From Eledone cirrhosa (lineage: Eukaryota): a stretch of 64,000 nucleotides of DNA. The position numbers were made by a program, and so were the translations under genes. Below are positions 57,830 to 64,000 of this stretch, piece after piece. Under the pieces are notes generated by a model that was not told where the DNA came from, searched no databases, and was given only the letters and a program-made list of their open reading frames with translations. The stretch is taken from assembly GCA_964016885.1 (NCBI GenBank), contig OZ024751.1:48422001-48486000 (forward strand). Direction: 5' to 3'. The stretch's first letter is position 1, and every line of letters begins with the position of its first letter.

Positions 57830-58241
57830 GGAGGTGTGTTTTATTGTAGTACAATAAAGCAATGCAGATATCGGATAAGAAGCACTCTACAGTTTGTAGG
57901 ACTGGAGTATACATAATATATAAGATCAAAAGATGGTTAAATGAGTTCCATGTATTTTATTATGCGCATTTCAAAAACAAATATCATCATGCAATAACAT
58001 TTGCATTTTCGTCAGATAAAATAGGGAGACATGATATGAAGGTTAAAAACACTTGTGGATAGTGCAGTTTTAAATCAACATATGTTGATTTAAAACTGCA
58101 CTATTCACAAGTGTGTTTTAACCCCTTCATATCATGTCTCCCTATTTTATCTGACGAAAACGCAAATGTCATCGCATAATGATATTTGTTTTTGAAATGC
58201 GCATAATAAAATACATGGAACTCATTTAACCATCTTTTGAT
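57826..58241. mobile_element. Spacer-less ~317-bp palindrome with a hammerhead in each arm, plus one-sided tail
   Basis: Arms 57925-58081 and 58082-58241, centre caacatatgttg; tail 57826-57924; in (TA)n. Confidence 0.85.
58143..58213 (+). ncRNA. Type I hammerhead ribozyme; mirror copy at 57953-58023 (-)
   Basis: tattttat-CTGACGA-long stem II-GAA-atgcgcat-A-ataaaata; 8-bp stem I, palindromic stem III. Confidence 0.88.
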
Positions 58242-59696
58242 ATAATATATTATATATATATATATATATGCTTTATTCTATCAACCACTGGAAAGATACA
58301 AATGTATAGTCTCCTGCTTTGTTTGTCTTTAAACATTTTATGTAAATAAACTTACTAAGAACATAATATATTACTGACCCACTCCGTGTAATATATCTGG
58401 CACTAATGAATAAGATTGTAGAAAAACTTATTTATTAATTCAATGTAAAATTTGATTTGCACGACGATTTTTATTCGAAAGAAAGACCCAGTACTTTTAG
58501 AGAGAGAGAGAGAGAGAGGGAGAGGGAGAGAGGGGGGGGGGAGCGTGTAGATTAAATCGAGCTCAATAATAGGCTGGTACATTATTTTATCGATGCCGGA
58601 TGGATGATAGGCAAACTTGACCTTAGCGGCGCGATTCGAAACCAGACCTTAAAATTTGAACCTGTTACTACTAAATATTTGACCGGCGCTCTAACTGTTC
58701 TCCCTATTCACTATACTTAACACTAAAAACCAAACACATAAAAGCACTTATAATTGATTTATAACAAATTAATAACACTAAAGGGGGAGATAACTCTCTC
58801 GTTAGGTAAAAAAAAGAGCTGAAGAAAATGTTTTAGAATGATAACTGAAAGATAAGAAAAATGCAGCGGATGAAAAAAAATCTATAATAAAAATTCCTAT
58901 AATAATATTTAAAGAATTATCAAAGAATTATAATGTGATATTTTAGCAATAATAACCAATAGTGATTGCCAAAACCTTTTATATCTGATTAGGGACAACG
59001 GAAGAAGACGGTTAGAAGAATTTAACACAAACAACAAGAACAACAACAAAACAAACTACAGTAAAAACTATATGAACGACCACCACTACAACAACGACTA
59101 CATCATTACTTTAATAACATCATTACTTTAATAAACAACTATGATAACACCAACTACACCAACAACTGTAACAACAATAATGACAAAGATGTTAATGGCG
59201 ACTACAACAATAACAACAAACAACATATGAAACAGTGACATGACCTAAACAGAGCTAGGTAGAAAATAACGAAAATAAAAAATGAAAAAATAAAAATGAA
59301 ATAAAACAAAACAAAACAAAACAAAAGGCAAATGAATATAAGAGGCCAAAATACTCCCCAAAGAGAACAAAATAACAAGAAAGGGGTTGAGGGAGTAGAG
59401 AGGACGGAGATGGAGGTAGAAGAAGGAGGGGGTGAGGAGAATGTAAGAAGGCGAAGAGGAAGAGGAGGGAGTGTAGATGATATGAAAAATTGGAGAAATT
59501 ATTTGAATCAATGAAATTAACATAAATTAAATAAAATTAACAAATATTAAATAAAATAACTCACAATCGAGTATAACTTGGTAATATTTGCCATGTTTTT
59601 CATTAAGGCTTTTTCGGTAACAATGCTAGACCCCTCCCTCTTCATCTTCCAACATTTGATCCAGTGGAACCTCCAGGATGTGACAGATGGAAGGAA

Positions 59697-59902
59697 AGAT
59701 AGATAGATAGAGAGATAGAGAGATAGAGAGATAGAGAGATAGAGAGAGAGTGAGAGTGAGAGAGCGAGAGAGAGAGGGAGAGAGAGAGAGAGAGATAAAT
59801 AGAGTGAGAGAGAGAGAGTGAGAGAGAGAGACTGAGACAAAGAGAGAAAGAGAGTGAGAGTGAGAGAGCGAGAGAGGGAGGGAGAGAGAGAGAGAGAGAA
59901 AT

Positions 59903-59950
<48 letters not shown>

Positions 59951-60001
59951 AGACAAAGAGAGAGAGAGAAAGAGAGTGAGAGAGAGGGAGAGAGAGAGAG
60001 A
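59697..60001. repeat. Degenerate (GA)n tract
   Basis: Imperfect dinucleotide repeat with internal duplication. Confidence 0.9.
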
Positions 60002-60089
60002 TCTACCAACACTAGGCTGATAGTTTCATTATCGACCTCAAAAGTGTGAAACACTTCGGTGAGTAAATAGATAGTTAAATAAATAAAAA

Positions 60090-60280
60090 AATAATTGTTT
60101 CTACTTTAGGCACAAGGCCAGCAATTACCAGTGCATTACTGGTACTTTATTTTATCGACCCCGTAAGGATGAAAGGCAAAGTCAACCTCGGCGGGATTTG
60201 AACTCAGATCGTAAAGGGACGTAACTATGCTGGAAAGCATGGCGACCGACCCTCTACCGATACTGCCAATCCACCGGCCT
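60090..60280 (-). mobile_element. SINE family A
   Basis: Full-length match. Confidence 0.9.
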
Positions 60281-60628
60281 TAAATAATAAATAAAAAAAT
60301 AAATAAAATAATAAATAAAATAAATAAAAAAATAATATATATTTTTATAAAAGAACTGAATTAAATAAGTAAAATTTCGAGGCGTCACATTTTTGTTGAT
60401 CGAATTTACCCTGGTGTATGATTAGTATCCGTTTTATCTAATATAAAAATAACACAACGAAACTTAGTTTCTCTACGATTCCAGCAAGATAAAGAATTCT
60501 GGTCTGTCGTTATAATGTTTCTGTGATGTCAAAGACTTTAAACTTATAAAATAGTGTGTTGGACCTATACGTACATAGGTTTCGATTTCATTTATGATAA
60601 TAATTATTATTGTTTGTTATTATTATTG

Positions 60629-60920
60629 AGGGGCGGTGGATTGGCAGTATCGGTAGAGGGTCGGACGTCATGCTTTGCAGCAAAGAGTTACGGCCCTTTA
60701 TGGTCTGAGTTCATATCCCGCCGAGGTTAACTTTGCCTTTCATCCTTACGGGGTCGATAAAATAAAGTACCAGTAATACACTGGGTTAATTGCTGGCCTT
60801 GTGCCAAAAGTAGAAACAATTATTATTGAGAGGGTCGGACGCCATGTTTTGCAGCATAGAGTTACGTCTCTTTACGGTCTGAGTTCAAATCCTGCCGAGG
60901 TTAACTTTGCCTTTCATCCG
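60629..60920 (+). mobile_element. SINE family A, full copy plus partial tandem copy
   Basis: 60629-60826 full; 60829-60920 partial. Confidence 0.9.
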
Positions 60921-61446
60921 ACGACGTGTGTTCCAGTCGTTCGAAACAACGGAACAGCTTCATTGTGATATTATATTTTAAGTGGCTGAGCATTCCAGAG
61001 ACACATGTACTCTTAATCTCGTGGAGATTCAGTGTGACACAGAATGTGACAAGGCTCACCTTTTGAATCTTTGAGTGAAATAAAGGGTCTTGCTCAAGAA
61101 CACATGTCACTGAAAGGTGAACTAATGACCTTTCGATCGTAAGCCGGCCTCCACCTGACATTTAAACCATATGCCTTCTCATTATATAACTGATAATGGT
61201 GTATCCACATACATTTTTTGGTGTAGAGCAATGTTTGTGATGTGTTGGTAGCACAGTGGTCAGGATAACCAAAGATGTGGGTTCGACTCCCATGTACGTC
61301 AATACTCATCTTTTTCCATTTCTCCGAGGGTTCTTAACCCCACTATCAGGCTAAATAATTTCTTTAATTTCTTTAGTCAAAATACGGCGATAACTTACAT
61401 TTCTAATAATTTTAAACCCACTCGCAGTTTCGAAAATATTCTTACT

Positions 61447-61507
<61 letters not shown>

Positions 61508-61585
61508 TAAATTAAATGTCCGTGACATGCGCCATATCCACCGTAGAATAAGCTCAAATATTCCAATGAATAGATCCGAGCATTT

Positions 61586-61839
61586 TATATCAACTAGAAA
61601 TTGATTGACATATATATATTTAAATTAAACACATGAAACAATCACAGGGGATAATTTGTAAAGTGTGAAATCACACATAGTTAAGTAGGTAACTAATTAA
61701 AGTTTAACTAGCTCTAGTTAAACTGTAATTAGTTACCTACATAACTATGTGTGATTTCACACTTTACAAATTATCCCCTGTGATTGTTTCATGTGTTTAT
61801 TTTAAATATATATATGTCAATCAATTTCTAGTTGATATA
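61586..61839. repeat. ~254-bp near-perfect palindrome beside (TA)n
   Basis: Centre gtttaactag-ct-ctagttaaac; arms about 125 bp. Confidence 0.85.
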
Positions 61840-61937
61840 TATATATTTCCATCTTGACGTAATAGTCACTTATATATTATGAATTACTGTTGGCTTCTTG
61901 CTGACATTAATTTACTTATTTTTTTTATTTTTTTTTT

Positions 61938-62124
61938 CGGTGGATTGGCAGTATCGGTAGAGGGTCGGACGCCACGCTTTCCAGCATAGTTACGTCCCTT
62001 TACGATCTGAGTTCAAATCCCGCCGAGGTTGACTTTGCCTTTCATCCTTACGGGGGTCGATAAAATAAAGTACCAGTAATGCACTGGGTAATTGCTGGCC
62101 TTGTGCCTAATGTAGAAACAATTA
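61938..62124 (+). mobile_element. SINE family A
   Basis: Full-length match. Confidence 0.9.
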
Positions 62125-62134
62125 ATTTCTTTAT

Positions 62135-62255
<121 letters not shown>

Positions 62256-62624
62256 GTGAAACTACTGCCATAGAAATATATACAAGAGATCTTTATGCAG
62301 TGCATAAGAATTACGAGTGGCGCTATATTTCGAACTCATAGAAAGAACAAATTCACATGATCTTTACGATTTTCAGACGGGCAAATTGCCTTCATTGTCC
62401 CTATCCAATTTTTTCTTTCTTAGTGCTGGTTGTTTCATTCTTTCTTTTATATATACACAAACGAATGTATGTATGAATTTATGTATGTATATGAAATGAC
62501 ATATTCGTTATGAGGTACCTTACTAACTAGTCAGGTTAAAGCTAGACGTTCAATGGATCTCTGAAACCACATTCAGTATATTCGTATTAAATTATTATAC
62601 CATAAAGCATTAATATAACGAAAA

Positions 62625-62802
<178 letters not shown>

Positions 62803-63164
62803 AAGCATGGTGGCAAATGGAATTTAAAAGAAATATAAAATAAGTTACAAACAAGCAAACAAACTGCGAAAAATACTAATAACAGGAAATTTTTAGTCGT
62901 CTTTCTTTCTTAGCAGCAATAAATCTCGATTACAGTTTGTAAGTCCGTTTCCAAGACAGAGGAAGAATCCTTCTAATTAGAATGTAGAAGTTTTCTAAGA
63001 TTTTCGCTTTCGTTGGATGATTGCAAACGCCATTTTGACAATGGCTGCCTGTGTTTTGTTCGGAAGAGACGGATCTCATTTTTCACATTTTGATTGTATT
63101 CAGTCGTCAAATATATTTTATACAAACTCAATTAACGTAATTGTTGTCAATGGGAATGGTGACA

Positions 63165-63905
63165 ACGGCGATGACAGCAAACGATGATGACGATGATGAC
63201 GATGATGATGATGGCAATGATGACAATGATGATGATGATGATGATGATGGTGATGATGATAATGATGATGATGATGATGATAATGATGATGGTGATGATG
63301 GCGATGGTGATAATGATGCGGATAAGCAATAGCGTTCATAACGACGACAACGACGACGACGACGATGATGATGATGATGATGTTCCTCAACACTATCACT
63401 ACCACCACCACCATCATCACCACCACCACCATCGCCATCGTCATCACCGTCGTCATCACCATCATTATGAGCACCACCATCAGCACCAACATCATCACCA
63501 TCACCATCACCATCACCATCACCATCACCATCGTCACCAGCCCCACCAACACCACCATCATCATCACCACTATTATCGTTCGTCATCATCACCACCATCA
63601 TCACAACAAACACCATCATCATTACCACGACAGTCACCATCATCTTCATCATCACAATCATCACAACCAGCACCATCATTATCATCACCCTCATCATCAT
63701 CACCATCATCATCGCCATCATCTTCATCATCACCATCATCTTCATCATCACCATCAATACAACCAGCACCATCATTATCATCACCCTCATCATCATCACC
63801 ATCATCATCCCCACCATCATCATCATCACCACCATCACCACCATCATCATCACCATCATCATTACCATCACCACCACCATCACCACCGTCATCATCATCA
63901 CCATG
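63165..63905. repeat. (GAT)n then (CAT/CAC)n low-complexity tracts
   Basis: Compound trinucleotide repeats. Confidence 0.9.
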
Positions 63906-64000
63906 ACTACCAGCTTATCATTATAGATATCTCATATTAGAGAGGATCAAACACGACAATACTTTTCCGTTTGCTGAAAGGTATCTCTGTAGAAGTGTGT

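Overview
AT-rich, microsatellite-saturated animal non-coding DNA (intergenic or intronic). The SINE sequences, the (TA)n load and a TTAGGG-type repeat suggest a cephalopod such as Octopus; this is inference, not a database match. I see no host protein-coding gene, and nearly all listed ORFs are translations of simple repeats. Real coding content is retrotransposon-derived: a 5'-truncated Tx1/L1-clade LINE in (TATC)n (21063-24098), a 5'-truncated R4/Dong-type RLE element in (AAT)n (29317-32108), two Penelope-like GIY-YIG fragments, RTE- and CRE-like fragments, a hAT-like remnant, and many tRNA-derived SINEs. The most striking feature is a set of short, ORF-less, palindromic or partially tandem inserts inside (TA)n arrays that carry hammerhead ribozyme (HHR) motifs, resembling Penelope-mobilised retrozymes. 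One family, in two covarying copies (50447-50548 and 53610-53711), has the three hammerhead core strands in a non-circularly permuted, pseudoknotted order. All structures were paired by eye; nothing was computed.
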